From Vicugna vicugna (taxonomy: Eukaryota), in the NCBI GenBank assembly GCA_013265495.1, contig MU058824.1, positions 3,871,111 through 3,935,110 of the forward strand: a stretch of DNA of 64,000 nucleotides, given 5' to 3'. Numbering within the stretch: the first letter of the stretch is position 1; the number at the start of each line of letters is the position of its first letter. Made by a program: the position numbers and the translations under genes. The notes beneath the pieces were generated by a model. It saw only the letters and a list, made by a program, of their open reading frames with translations. It had not been told where the DNA came from and did no database searches. This document shows positions 12,051-24,158 of this stretch, in pieces.

Positions 12051-15000
12051 TCTCTCTCCAGATTCACGTTCCTGTCATGGGAATATATGGCTTAGAGATA
12101 CCCTTCAATCCCCTAGAAACCCCCAGACCCACAATGAGGAAAGAAAACGCAGGGACTCAAAGGCTTGCCTGACAGTGGGGCCAGGGGGTTGGTGGCTCTG
12201 CTGGTCCAACTTGATTCCCATTAATACTGAAAACTGCAGTCTTTGCCAGATCCCCACCAACTCTTCTGAGGTTTCATCCAGACTCCTTCCTCCCCTGCTG
12301 AGCCTGAGACCTGCAGAGAATTGGAGCTGGTCCCACGCCGCACCACAGCCCTGACTCCCACGGTGCAGGCCTCCAGTGTCATGAGATGTCCCCACACCCC
12401 TCTTTTCTTTGTCCTCCCTGCTGTGGAACAGACTTCAGGCTTTGAAGTAACAATATGGAGGTGGTAGAGGTGGTAGGGATAGGGGACTCTTGGCTTTGAG
12501 GGGAGGTCAGTGCTGCCAGGGCCTTTCATGTGTCCAAGAAAGAGCCCCAGCTGTGGCCACAGGGCACTGAGGGGTGAAATCCCTTTATGAGAAGTCACAT
12601 CCCAGAGCAACAGCCTCTGGCTTCAGCCACCCGCTTCTGGATGACATTTTGGTTAGAACGTAGCTCCAAGACATGGAGAGTGAATCTGAAAAACAAATCA
12701 AGCACTCCTGACAAATACGTGGAAATAAGTTATGTCTGAGACACAACTGCCACAAGGGTAGAGAACAATCCAGGCCCCTGGAGAGGCCAGGCCCAGGCTA
12801 GAGTGGGTGGATCTGCAGCACTAGGGGTCGACCAGCTCCCCATGACCCTGCTAAGCGGCAGCTAGCTCTATGGCCTTGGCCCCGTCACCCATGCAGGAGC
12901 CTACTGTTCACAGTTTCCAGGCACGCACACTAGTGTGCCTGGAGAATTCATTCCTTTAGTTCTTTTGGCCCCGGAGAGGTCCGAAGCAAGTGCATTTCTT
13001 AAAAGGTAACAAAAGTACATTATTGGAAAGTTGGACAGTCAGGCCATGACTCTTAGCCTGGTCTGCCCCACCTCCCAGCAGCCCCTTCAGCCCCTGTCCC
13101 CTGTTGTCCCCGTACCTCAGGATTTCCTCTTGCATATTCATGGTTGACCACACTTACCCACTGTCAGTGTGCACGGCAAGGTCCCAGGGGGCCGCCGCAG
13201 GGGACGGGAGCAAACATTCCCTTGCCTGCCCGCTCTCCTGATGAGAGGCTGCAGCCCTCGGACTCGGGCTGCTTGCCGGGAGCAGGCAGGCACCAGTCTC
13301 TTTCATTCGTTGTAATTTCTCAACACGGGTCCTGTTCCAGGACCCCTCACCCCAGATCAAAGGAGACCTCGGGGTCACATCCCTGCCATTCTAGAGTTTC
13401 AATCCACATGTTCCCAGGGGGCCTGTTTTTGCTCATCTCCAAGTTAAGGGTAAACACAAGCACCATTCAGTAAGTCTACTCTTCTTCCCACATCTTAGAC
13501 CCCTGAGCCACACAAGGAGAAAATGCAGCAGTTTATCTGTTTACTGAGGGAATCTTGATGAATTCTAAGAGGGAGGTGGTCTCAGGTAATATATTTGGCC
13601 TCTGGGCGGGAGGGAGGGAGTAGGAGTCCTGTCCTTCAGCTGTGGGCAGCTCTGAGCGTGGCAGGGAGAGGGAAGCAAGGGGAACGGCAGGCGGAGGGAC
13701 GACTTGGGAGTGATGTGCCCCCTTTCCTGACTCTGAGGCCGGAGGAGGCCTGGCTGCAGCCTCCCCTACCCTCGCCTGGGCCCACTCACCCCTGTGGCTG
13801 CAGGGCCACCCAGATCCCCACAATCGCCACACTCGTAGCCACATCCCTCATCTTCTCCAAAAGCACCATTTAGAACAAGTGATTTTGGATGATGGATTTT
13901 TGATTTACAAACGGTGCGTTTCCCTTGGAGTGGAACAGAAAGGAAACCATTTAATGGCTCCCTTATTTTCAAGCATGAATACATTTTAATGAAACTATTT
14001 TATTGTATTTGAGGAAATGGAGAGTTGAACATTCCATCCAATCAATAGCCAATTAATTGCTATAAAGCTAAAAAGAAAATAAATCAATCCTGAGTCTATT
14101 TTAAACACCCTGCAAAAGCTCAGAGCCTCCAAATTTGGCCTTCCCCTCCATACGTGCCCTTGTGGGTGTATGAACGCACATAATGCACGTGCACCCTGAC
14201 GTCTCAGACATACTTGAAACTCAGAGAAAGCACTGAGTCTCCTCGTGCCAATTCTTGCCTGCTCTTCTTGCCTTTGGTCAGAGGAGGTGAACAGACCTGG
14301 CAGCAGCCCACCGTGGGGCCCGGAGGCAGGCCCGTGCCCTGGCCCCAAGCAACCAGCTTAGGGCGGTTGGCAGGCAGCTCAGCCCCAGCTGCTGGGCCTC
14401 CGAGTTTGGGCCAGAGGTGGAAATCTGACTCGGGTTTTGCCCTGACTCTTGCTGGAAGTTGCTGCCCTGGATTTTCACCACCCAGTGGCCTTTGGACATT
14501 GAGTATTTGTAGAAATGCACATTACATTGCAAATGGAACTCTTTGCCAGGAAGACACATGGATTTTGCTTTTCGTTCTTTGAGACGGTTGACTTTGTCTT
14601 AGGGACTGACTTTCCAGCATCAAAGAAATACATATCTACTGTATCCGCCAAAGTTTGTGATGCCTGCATAGATGCTTACTTGTAAAAAAAAAAAAACAAA
14701 AAAAAGTACAAAAAAAACAACAAAAAAACCCACACAATTGAATTGCCTTTGAAAGTGGGAGATGATCTGTCTCCAATAGATTGAAAAAAAAAAAGCTTCT
14801 TAAAAATGTGTATGTTTTGTATTCTTTTTTTCTAGTAGAAAATAACTGACTTGAAATTTTGGTGGTTTTTTTTTTTTTCCTAGTGATGTGTGTTGCTTTT
14901 GTGTGTAATAATATTTGAATGTAATTACAGCAGTGCCAATTTGCCAAAGATGTTGGACATATTTTTCTTTTGTTGGGAGGAGGGTAGGGGCTGCGGGTGG

Positions 15001-15277
15001 GACTTGGGAGAAAACAGGGGTGGGATTTTGGTTTAATTTTTTTTTCACTTTTTTTTTTCCCGTCAAATCTGGAATTTGTGGTTTTATTCTAAGTTAAATG
15101 GTTGACTGCAACACATTTATTTTAGGTTAGTTGGAGAAACTTGCAATAAGATTGGCGTAGTTTCAATATCTGTGTGTCTTTTCATGAGTGACTGTTACTT
15201 GTGAAGAATTGATTTTATGTAACCTTTATGTGAGATAATTATTTGTAAATATTTGCCATAATTTTATTGGTTCCTAA

Positions 15278-15283
15278 AATAAA
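15278..15283 (+). terminator. Polyadenylation signal AATAAA (distal PAX5 PAS)
   Basis: AATAAA with upstream TGTA motifs (15228, 15244), a CA at 15300-15301 about 17 nt downstream, and U/GU-rich tttgttttt at ~15321-15329. Confidence 0.85.
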
Positions 15284-15359
15284 AGTAATTTTTTAAGTTC
15301 AGGAAAAGAATTGGATCTCATTTGTTTTTACAGTTTCATAGATGGTCTTTGACTACTTT

Positions 15360-15558
15360 TTTTTAAATTTTTCAATTATTCTTTTTTTAAGCATTTTTTA
15401 TAATTTCACATTTTAAATTTTTATTTATTTTTTATTTTTTGGGGGGGCGCTAATTAGGCTTTTATTTATTTATTCACTTTGATGGGAGTACTAGGGATTG
15501 AACCCAGGATCTCATTGCTTCCAGGCACATACTCTACCCCTGAGCTATACCCTGTTCC
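15360..15558 (-). mobile_element. tRNA-derived SINE (camelid Vic-1-like) with 17-bp TSD
   Basis: Reverse strand reads gggtatagctcaggggtagagt...cctgggttcaatccctagtac with A/B boxes and an A-rich tail. Flanked by tggtctttgac(t/a)acttt at 15343-15359 and 15559-15575. Confidence 0.9.
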
Positions 15559-15879
15559 TGGTCTTTGACAACTTTGACAAAGCCCATTGGGGTTGTGGGG
15601 AGTTTTACTGGCTCTCCTGATAAAATCGGGGTCAAAACAAATCCATGCAGCTAGAATGGTGTGCTATGGCTTTGGACTTGGCCTGGGTTGGGGTGGAAGA
15701 GGCAAAGTCCCCATTCTTGAGAGGTTCCAGCCAAGCTACCAGCCAGCATGGCAGCGGGAAGTAAGGTTGAGCCCCTGCCTTGGATTTGACTTCTGGCTCT
15801 GATTCACTGGCTGGGAAACCTTGGCTGAGTTTTGTAACTTCAATTTCATTTGCTCCAAAATGGTCAGTAACACCCACCT

Positions 15880-15995
15880 CATTCATTCATTCAACAAAGA
15901 GTAGTTGACATCTATTCTGCCCCCAGCACTGGGGACACTGGAGAACTGGGGAAACAAGGACCCTGTGAACATGAATCTTATAATCTAGGGGGTTC
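15880..15995 (-). mobile_element. L2 3'-end fragment
   Basis: cattcattcattcaacaaa followed by a typical L2 tail sequence. Confidence 0.65.
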
Positions 15996-17375
15996 TTGTG
16001 AAGGTTAACACACACGAGTATATGCTCAGTAACGGTGCATGATGCACACACGCTCTTAACCCTGATCCAGGCTGGATCTTTAAGTTGCCTGGAACCTAAG
16101 TGGCCTGGGCGCACCCCACACACCTCTAACAGCAGCAGAGCTCAGAAGCCACTCCTGCCAGGAGACCTTGTCTTTGGGCTCCAAAGTCACAGGCCATATC
16201 TGGCTAGAGCTCAGAGCCCAAGAATCCACGATCGTTCTGAGAGGTGCCCTGTCCCTGTGCCTTCAGAGCAGAGTGTTTTGGCTGCATAGGAACCCTGGGG
16301 TGGCTTTCCATCAGGGGCCAAGGCAGCTGCAGCCCAAGCCTTGCCCCTGCTGGGCGGTGTCAGTCTGCAAGGGCAGGCAGGGACCGCTGCGCCCCTTGGC
16401 ACAGTGTGTGCGACGCAGTAATTGCCAGAGATGGAGTGGGCGAGTGACCGCATGGGGGCCATGGGCTGCGACTCATTCATATTTAATAAAGCCAGCTGAG
16501 TGGCCTCCATTCATTTCTGCAATGGATGGTGACGAAGGTGATTCCTGAGGGAGAGAGAGAGATGCTCAGGACTTAGAGGCACAAACTTCAAAGAGCAGCA
16601 GCAGCAGCATTTGGGAACTGAAAACTGGACTCCAAACCTACGGGGAACTGGTGAGGTAGAGCCGTGTTTCTGTCCCGGATGCTGCAGCCCTTGTCCCCGA
16701 TTCTCCTAGTACAGAGGCCTCGTGCCTGCCCTTCTCAGGTATGGGGCACTGGTATCTGCAGTAACCAGGCTATGTGCAGCCCCCACACGACGGCAGAATG
16801 GAGGTCTTGGGCAAGGCCTCCTGTAAGGAGGGTAGAAGTGCCACCCTGAACACGCTTAGGCATGTTCTGCCTCCAGCAGCACGTCCACCCTCAGTGACCA
16901 TCACAGAGAGGGAGAGTGGATGCCTGAGGCCTGCCACATGATGCTTAAGGCTTAGATTTATTTGTTCCTCAAATTTCCACTGAAGCCAGGCCCCCATGCT
17001 GGGTGCTGGGAACAGAGGTGACCATGGGAGGGAATGAGGTTACACCAGGGTCATGAAAAAGGCAAAGGGATAAACAGCCTTGGCTGGGAGTCTCAGCTCC
17101 AGTTCTTGATGCTCTGTTTGCTGATGTGAGCAGTCTCTTAACTTCTAGGAGCCTTAATTTCTCATCTGCCCAATGGGTATAAAACTCATAACATTTACTT
17201 GGGAGACATTGGTAGAAACACATGTTATGCATTGCGTGAGATTTTTTCCAAATGATAGATGTGAGTTTTGCCAAGATATTTTCTCTGCAGTAAAGGAAAA
17301 ATATTACATCCTAAGGTCAAACTCTAGTTGGAAGCTACTCTGAGCCAGACTCAATGCTAGATGCAGGAGGAGAGC

Positions 17376-17711
17376 TGCTATAGACTGAACGTTTGTGTCC
17401 CCCACAAAGTCACATACTGAAACTTTTTCACCAATGTGATGGTATATGGAGGTGGGGCCTGAGGGTGGTGCTTAGGTCATGAGGGTGGAGGCATGAATGG
17501 GATTAGTGCCCTTATAAAAGAGACCCCAGAGAACTCCCTCATCCCTTCCACTGTCTGAGGATATAGGAAACAGATCCTTATCAGACACTGAAGCTGCCAA
17601 GGCCTTGATCTTGAACTTCCAAACCTCCAGAACTGTGAAAAATAAATGTCTATTGTTTAAGCCACACAGTTTGTGGTATTTTTGTTATGGCAACCCAAAC
17701 AGGCCAAAACA
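17376..17711 (+). mobile_element. MLT1A-type solo LTR
   Basis: TG...CA ends. Contains tgctatagactgaacgtttgtgtcccc, gggattagtgcccttataaaagagacccc and aataaatgtctattgtttaagccac. Confidence 0.88.
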
Positions 17712-18602
17712 AGGGTGGAATGTAGAAATGAACCAACAAGGAGCCTGCCATCTGGGGCAGGTGACATGCATATTTTAATTCCAGGCAACATGACCAGTGC
17801 CGCCTATGGGTGGGGCAGAGAGCGAGGCATAGGCTCCCAGGGGGAATTCCATTCATTTGAGGGAGAGGTGATCAGGAAAGTCTTCCTGGAAGAGGTGATT
17901 ACTGAGCTGAGCTGTGAAGGGTGGACAAGATTCCAAAAAGAAATTTTAGAGAAAGTAGGAAGCAAAGGCATTCCAGGCAGAGGAAACCGTGCACAAAACC
18001 CCAAGTGTGAGAATAAGGGTGTGTCAGGAGGAGACACTAGATAGACGGTTTACCTCTGAGTTAACCAAGCACTGTGGCCTTTTCCCCAAGCTGTTTTTGG
18101 AGGCTCTGTGGGTGCCACAGAGTCAAAAGTAAGGGCTAATCTGGGCTCAGGTCTTTCCTAGCAGATGGGGTTGCTCAAGGAGGAGAAGGCACTGGCGAGT
18201 GCAAGCAGAGGGGGAAGGCTGCAGGGGGGGTGGGGTGGGAGCAGGTGGATTTCCAGCCCCTGCAGATCCGGCAGCCCCTGGCCCTCCTGGCCAGCTGTGA
18301 GGTGATGGGTTAAGGGGACTCTTCTGGCAGCCTTAGCATTGCTGTGGCCTCCCCTACGCACGATGTAACAGCTGTCTCTGGGAGAGACGCATGGTCTATG
18401 TAGCCCAATGAGAGGCGGGTGACCACCACTGGGAGCAAATCAGGAGGAGGCCCCCCTGCAGGACACACAGCCAGTGTGAGTTTGGACCACTAGGGGCATT
18501 AGCATCCCAGGTCGTCTTATTTCTTTTGCTAATCTGTATGTCCTGATTTTTCTTAGTGAATGTGCAATGTATGCATTTTTAAAATAACTAGAAAAAAATT
18601 TT

Positions 18603-18721
18603 GGGGGGGGTAGTAATTAGGTTTATTTATTTACTTATTTTTAGAGGAAGTACGGGGGATTGAACCCAGGGCTTCATGCATGCTAAGCAGGCATTCTACC
18701 ACTTGAGCTATCCCCTCCCCC
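18603..18721 (-). mobile_element. tRNA-derived SINE (Vic-1-like)
   Basis: gggggattgaacccagggcttcatgcatgctaagcaggcattctaccacttgagctatcccctcccc, with imperfect TSD actagaaaaaaatttt / actaaaaataatttt. Confidence 0.9.
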
Positions 18722-18845
18722 ACTAAAAATAATTTTAAAAAATGAACATTGCTATCTTGACTCAGTCTCAACAGAAGACTGTAATGGGAGACTTTGCAAG
18801 CCCCACCGAAAACCAGGTCTGAGGGCCTTTACCAGAGAGCCCGCT

Positions 18846-19224
18846 TGTGTTTGTTTGCTAGGGCTGCCATAACAAGGTGCCGCAGAATGGGTGGCTTAAA
18901 CAGTAGAAATGTATTTTCCCACAATTCTGGCGGTGCAGAAGTCTGAGATCAAGGTATCAGCAGTGTTGGTTTTTTCTGAGGCCTCTCTCTCTGGCTTGTG
19001 GATGGCCAGCTTCTCCCTGTGTATTCAGGTGGACTTCCCTCTGTACTTGGCTCATCTCTTCTTGTAAGGACACCAGTCATATTGGATGAGGGAGCACCCT
19101 AATGATCTCATTTTAACTTAATTATCTCTTGAAAGACTCTATTTCCAAACATAGTCACATTCTGAGGCTCTGGGGTTAGGACTTCAACATATGAATTTGG
19201 AGGGACACAATTCAGTCCACAGCA
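18846..19224 (-). mobile_element. MLT1A/B-type solo LTR
   Basis: gctagggctgccataacaa...ggcttaaacagtagaaatgtattt...gttaggacttcaacatatgaatttggagggacacaattcagtcc. Confidence 0.88.
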
Positions 19225-19499
19225 TCACCTGAGAAAAAAGAGAACCCCTCCCAGCCCCCGCCAACCCAAGCCCAGCCTGGATGTGCCCTTAACACATCAA
19301 CTCCTCCTTGGCCTGTCAATGTCGTCTCCGCCCGGGGATGTCCACCCCTGTCGATCCAAGCCCCACACAAGCCAGAGGCTCTGTCTCCCAGATAGCAAAT
19401 CCCAGTGTAGCCCCCAGGAAGATCCTTACCTCACATCCTGCATTCAGATAAATCCCTGGTGGGTTAAACAGTTATTTTAAATTAAAAAAAATAAAACTA

Positions 19500-20095
19500 G
19501 GGGGTTATAGATAAATATATCTTAAATTTCCGTATTGAGAGTGACTTCATAAGCTTATAAAGATGGAAGTCTCAAGGTAAAACAGAAATATTTGACTCTT
19601 TCACTTTCTTTTACTTTTATATACACACCAAAAAATGTTTTTTTAATAAGAACAAAAGACAAATAACCTGGGAAAATAAACCTACAAAATGTGAAGAGGT
19701 GCAATGCCCTTAATATACGAAGATGTTGAAAGCAATTATATGAAAAATACTACTATCCCCAATAGAGAAATGGGTCAAGGACATGCATAGGTCATTCATA
19801 AGTGAAGACATACTAAATAGTAGTAAATGTGCAATTCAAGATTAGAAACAACATGATTCAGCTTCACAAAGATCTCTTTTTTTCCTTTTTTGGGGGGGAG
19901 TGGGGTGGTAATTAGATTTATTTAGCTTTTTTTTTTTTTTGATGAAAGTACTGGAGATTGAACCCAGGACCTCATGCACGCTAAGCATGTGCTCTACCAC
20001 TGGCTATACCCTCCCCCAACAAAAGATCTTCTTTTAAATACCTAGTTTGGGTGAGGGTGCAAGGAAGTGGACGCTGCTCTGTGCTGCCACTGAGC
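19500..20095 (+). mobile_element. Old L1 (L1ME-like) 3' ORF2 fragment interrupted by a SINE
   Basis: A-rich, with caaaagacaaataacctgggaaaata and ccaatagagaaatgggtcaaggacatgcataggtcattca. Resumes after the SINE with gtttgggtgagggtg. Confidence 0.6.
19878..20017 (-). mobile_element. tRNA-derived SINE (Vic-1-like)
   Basis: gtactggagattgaacccaggacctcatgcacgctaagcatgtgctctaccactggctataccctcccc, with near-duplicate flanks acaaagatct / acaaaagatct. Confidence 0.9.
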
Positions 20096-20802
20096 TGTCC
20101 AACAGTACGAGGCCAGAGCTGCTTGTTGACCCCCAGGCCTGGCTGCTGGCCCCAGGGACACCTGGAGGAGCAGGGACTCTAAAAGAGCATGGCGGGGGTC
20201 TCGCACCTAGGCCTGCCCACTCCCACTCCCAGGTCTGTGGTTTTTCCACTAGGCCGGCTGCTTGCAGTCACAAGATGACGACGTTTAACAGCCCAGGTCA
20301 AATGGGAAACGTGGCATTTCAAGCTCAGTAGTGTCATCGGGAAGGGCACACAAGCAGCAGAGGTTCCCACATTATCCACAAACATGTGTAAATATCGCGA
20401 CGGCTCGTAATATAACCAAGAAAATCACTTCCCGTTGTTTCCCCTTCAGTGATATTTTCTGCTTGGCTGAGTTTGCTTAGCAAGCTGGAAAGGCCAACTC
20501 ATCAGTTCTTGTTGTTAATCAAGAGCATTAATTGTCCGAGTTCAAAGCCTCCTGACTTAGACTCTGCTGAATAGGATAACAAGTTCCAAAAACGCTAAGT
20601 AGTAGTTTCTATAAATGGGCCTTTTTAATAAGGAAGGCCCCCAAAGAGGGTTTGGAAAGAAAACCTTTCTGGGAAATGGAATTAAAACATTGTGCATACT
20701 TTATAGAGCATGGCAGACCAACTTCTAAAACTCCTAAAAGTTCTTAAAACATGGACGATGTGGGTGCAGACTCATCCCCTCATTTACCATGTGAACTCAT
20801 GT

Positions 20803-21175
20803 ATCGGTTAAGGCTGGCTAAAGTAACAAACGTCCCCCATTACCGCATTGTCTCAACAAAATAGGAATCTGTTTTCCACTTACACAACTGTTAAAATGTG
20901 GGTGTTCCCAGGAGGCAGGGAGCCTTCCACAAGGTGACCCAGGGGTCCAGGTTCCTTTCATCTTTCGGCTCTGCCATCTTCAACGTGTGGCCTCCAAGAT
21001 TATCTCGTTTGTCTGCACCAAGAAGGAAAGAGCATGCAGGATCATGCCTTGGGAGGTTTTTCCTTTCCATTCACATTCAATTGGCCAGAACCCAGTCCTT
21101 TGGCCACACCCAACTGCAAGAGAGGCTGAGAAATTCAGTCCAGCCATGTGCCAGAGAAGAAGAGGAAACAGGCCT
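20803..21175. mobile_element. Degenerate MLT1 LTR
   Basis: gtaacaaacgtccccc...cattcaattggccagaacccagtcctttggccacacccaactgcaagagaggctgagaaatt. Confidence 0.7.
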
Positions 21176-22181
21176 GGGACAGATAACCCGCCTGCATCCT
21201 CATGACACTCATGTATTCCAGAGAATTTCAATCTCTGCTTTATCCAATTCTTTTCTACCAACTCTGGGGCAATGAAAGAAACACAGGCTGAAGCAAGAGA
21301 GTGGTCTGAGTGTGTCCTGCCCAGCTCTCTGCCCCTCACCTTTGCCCTCACCTCAGCTGAACTCAAGCTGACACTGGGCTTAGAGAACTAGCACACTCCT
21401 GGCCTGGAAGAACCAAAGGAGTCCTACAACTTGTCACTCTGATCCACACTGCTTCTAACTACAGGGTTGGGTTGAGTTTTGAACAATAATCCTACTGGCA
21501 TTTATTGAGCAGTAACTCTCCCAGGCACTGATGCTTAAGTGGATTTTTCCCGTTGTCCAGGAATTGCACAGCCAAAGTCCAAAGTTGAAGCTAAAAGTTC
21601 ATGGAGCCTTTAACAATTGAGTCCCATCACCTCCTGCAGTGGTGAGAGGTGACAATTCAGAGAATGGATCTGACGGCCCAGTAACATCTCACCCAATTCA
21701 CTCCACCCCTACAAATGTAAAAAGACAGAAAGGGAGTTGGGGGCAGGGGGAACTTAGGGAAAAAATGCAGGTTCAATAATAGCCCTGTGGGCAGAGCTGC
21801 AGCTGCCTCTCTCCAAAGCCCAGGGAGGGTGGCTTTAAGAGGATCCCTTGGAAGTTTGGAGGTATCTTCAGGAAGAGACTAGAATGTCACTTCCTGTATG
21901 AGTATCTTCTTGGCCAGCAGATATGGTGACCTGCCCTTGTGTTTATTGTTGACTAAAACAGTAGAAAGGTGAACAGGGTCATGGGGGCACCATAGATGAT
22001 TACATCCTTTGCCTGCCTTGCTGGAATTCTGCCTAAAGAGCTTCTCCCTGGCAAGTGGACATCTGAAAGCTTGAGGCTGCCATAGAGACATACTTTGGTA
22101 GGGTGGGGTTGAAGGAGCAGAAGAAGCAGAGCCAGATCTCCCACATGCAGGAGGGGAGGGGAGGCAATGGGATTATCACAC

Positions 22182-22668
22182 TGTGGTAAAGGAGAAGAGA
22201 TTCTGCAGATATAAATAAAGACCCTAACCAGTTAACTTTAAGTCAATCAAAAAGGAGATTATCCTGGTGGGCCTGACCTAAGCAGGTGATTTCTTTTAAA
22301 GAGCATCTAGAGGTCATAGAAGCAGATGCCCTTCTTCTGGCCTCGAAGAAGCAGAATGTCATGTTGTGGAGAGAGCCATGTGGCAGGGGGTGACAGGAAG
22401 CCTCTAGGAGCTGAGGGCATCAGTTCCATAACTGCAAGGAACAAAACTCTGTCAACAAGCAGTGAACTTGGAAGAGGACCCTGTGCCTTAACTAAGATTG
22501 CAGCCCCAGCCAACAGCCTGACCTCCATCTTGGGAGACCCCAAGGAGAGGACACAGCTAAGTCATGCCCACACTCCTGACCCACAGAAACTATGAGATAA
22601 TAAATTTATGCTGTTTTAAACCAGTGAGTTTGTGGTAATTTGTTATGTAACAACAGAGAAGCGATACA
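22182..22668 (+). mobile_element. MLT1D/E/F-type solo LTR
   Basis: ggagattatcctggtgggcctgacc...cctctaggagctgagggc...gaaactatgagataataaatttatgctgttttaa...tttgtggtaatttgttat. Confidence 0.85.
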
Positions 22669-24011
22669 GTATCTCTGCAGGCTGCTGGAGCCGGAGGAAA
22701 GGTCCAGTCTATCCTGGGGGAGCTGGGGAGAATACCAGCTTTGAGTTATACTTGAGACTGAAGTTTCAGAAAGAACAGGACAGAGTGTTAAATTCCAGAA
22801 TGGAACTCTTCTAATAACTGGAAGCTGCTAGAAAGTTCTAGAATCTGACCAAGATGTCAATAAAGGCCCTGCCACCCAAGCAGAAAGTGGGGAGGAGAGG
22901 GTTCTACATAGCACAGCTGGAGGCACTGCAGGAAAAATTTAGCTATATCTTGTTTATCCCTCAAAGAATTGCGACTCTATAATAAGTTGACTTCACATGT
23001 GCTATCTCATTTAATTCTTACACTAACCCCATAAGGTAAGTAAAATTATTATTAGCCTCACTTTTACAGATAAGCAAACTGAGCCTGGAGAGCTCACGCA
23101 GCTGGTGAACAGTGGGGCCAAGACGTGAAGCCAGGCTGTGTGACCCCGGAGCCGAGTGTCAGAGTCACTGCACTCTGGCTGCAGGCTTAGTTCATGAGAG
23201 CCTGGTGCCCCGCACAGAGCACAGCAGAAGTCCTGACGGAGAGGCCAAGGGGATTTTCTGACTCTTCCTAAGAAAAGCACTCGCTGTGTGATACCATGAG
23301 GCCTAGCTCCCAGAGCCCTCCTTCTGTCATGCCTCACTGGGCACGCCTTGATGCAGCTAAAGTTGAATCCAAGAAAAACTAAAATTCCAGTAAAAAGCAT
23401 GAATCAACTGGGGTGACTGGGATCTGAAGTTTAATGTGAATGCCCGCTGTTTTCTCCTTCCTTCAGCCAGTCAACCTCTTTGATCTCTGCTCTGTGCTGG
23501 GGTCTGAGCTGGGCATGTGCTGGGTCCTCTGTGGGGGGATTGAGGTAGGGTATGGTCCCTGCCATTGAGGAGCGCCCCGTGTGGGACAATAGTTATAAAG
23601 GCACAGTGTCTAGGAGGTGCCTCGGCGAAGGCGGGAAGGACAGGCAGGCTCGGGGGGGATAACAGCCATCAGCACCTTTGCTGAGGAGTCGGGATGTGCC
23701 AAATGCCGGGTGCACATGCCACGGCCCTGGGAGGAGGGTCTATGATTTCCCCAGATGAAGAACGGGTTCAGAGAGGTTGGTGTGCCTGCCAAATGTCTCC
23801 TCTTCCACAGAGAGATGAAGATGTCTAGGGAGGAGTGTGCACCCGTCCCTGAGACGCCCAAGGAGGAGCTGAAGCACCATTTGGCAACATTGAAAAGGTT
23901 CATCTGATAGGGGCTGGACTGAGGCCTCTAAGGTGTAAAATGGTATTTCATTCATTTAACATTTTTTGCTTTAAAAAAAATAACACACACATGATTAAAA
24001 ATTCAGACACT

Positions 24012-24158
24012 GAGGGAGGGTATATAGCTCATTGGTTGAGTACACACTTAGCATGCACGAGGTCCTGGGTTCAAGCCCCAGTACCTCCATTAAGAAAAGC
24101 AAATAAAATAAATAAGTACACCTAATTACCTCCTCCCGCAAAAAAGAAAAGTTCAAAA
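24012..24158 (+). mobile_element. tRNA-derived SINE (Vic-1-like) with 13-bp TSD
   Basis: gggagggtatatagctcattggttgagtacacacttagcatgcacgaggtcctgggttcaagccccagtacctcc plus A-rich tail. Flanked by aaaaattca(g/a)aca at 23997-24009 and 24159-24171. Confidence 0.92.

Larger units (their letters stand above)
8853..15301 (+). other. PAX5: Long PAX5 3'UTR (~6.4 kb)
   Basis: Follows the stop codon, is largely repeat-poor, and ends in an AU-rich block with a canonical PAS. PAX5 is known to have a multi-kb 3'UTR. The exact cleavage site is inferred. Confidence 0.8.

Noticed and set aside
18484..18500. CTCF-like ggaccactaggggcatt
   Set aside because: One G short of the CCASYAGRKGGC core; too weak to call without ChIP data.
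24012..24090. tRNA gene
   Set aside because: It has A/B boxes but also an A-rich tail, a TSD and several diverged copies in the window, so it is a SINE.
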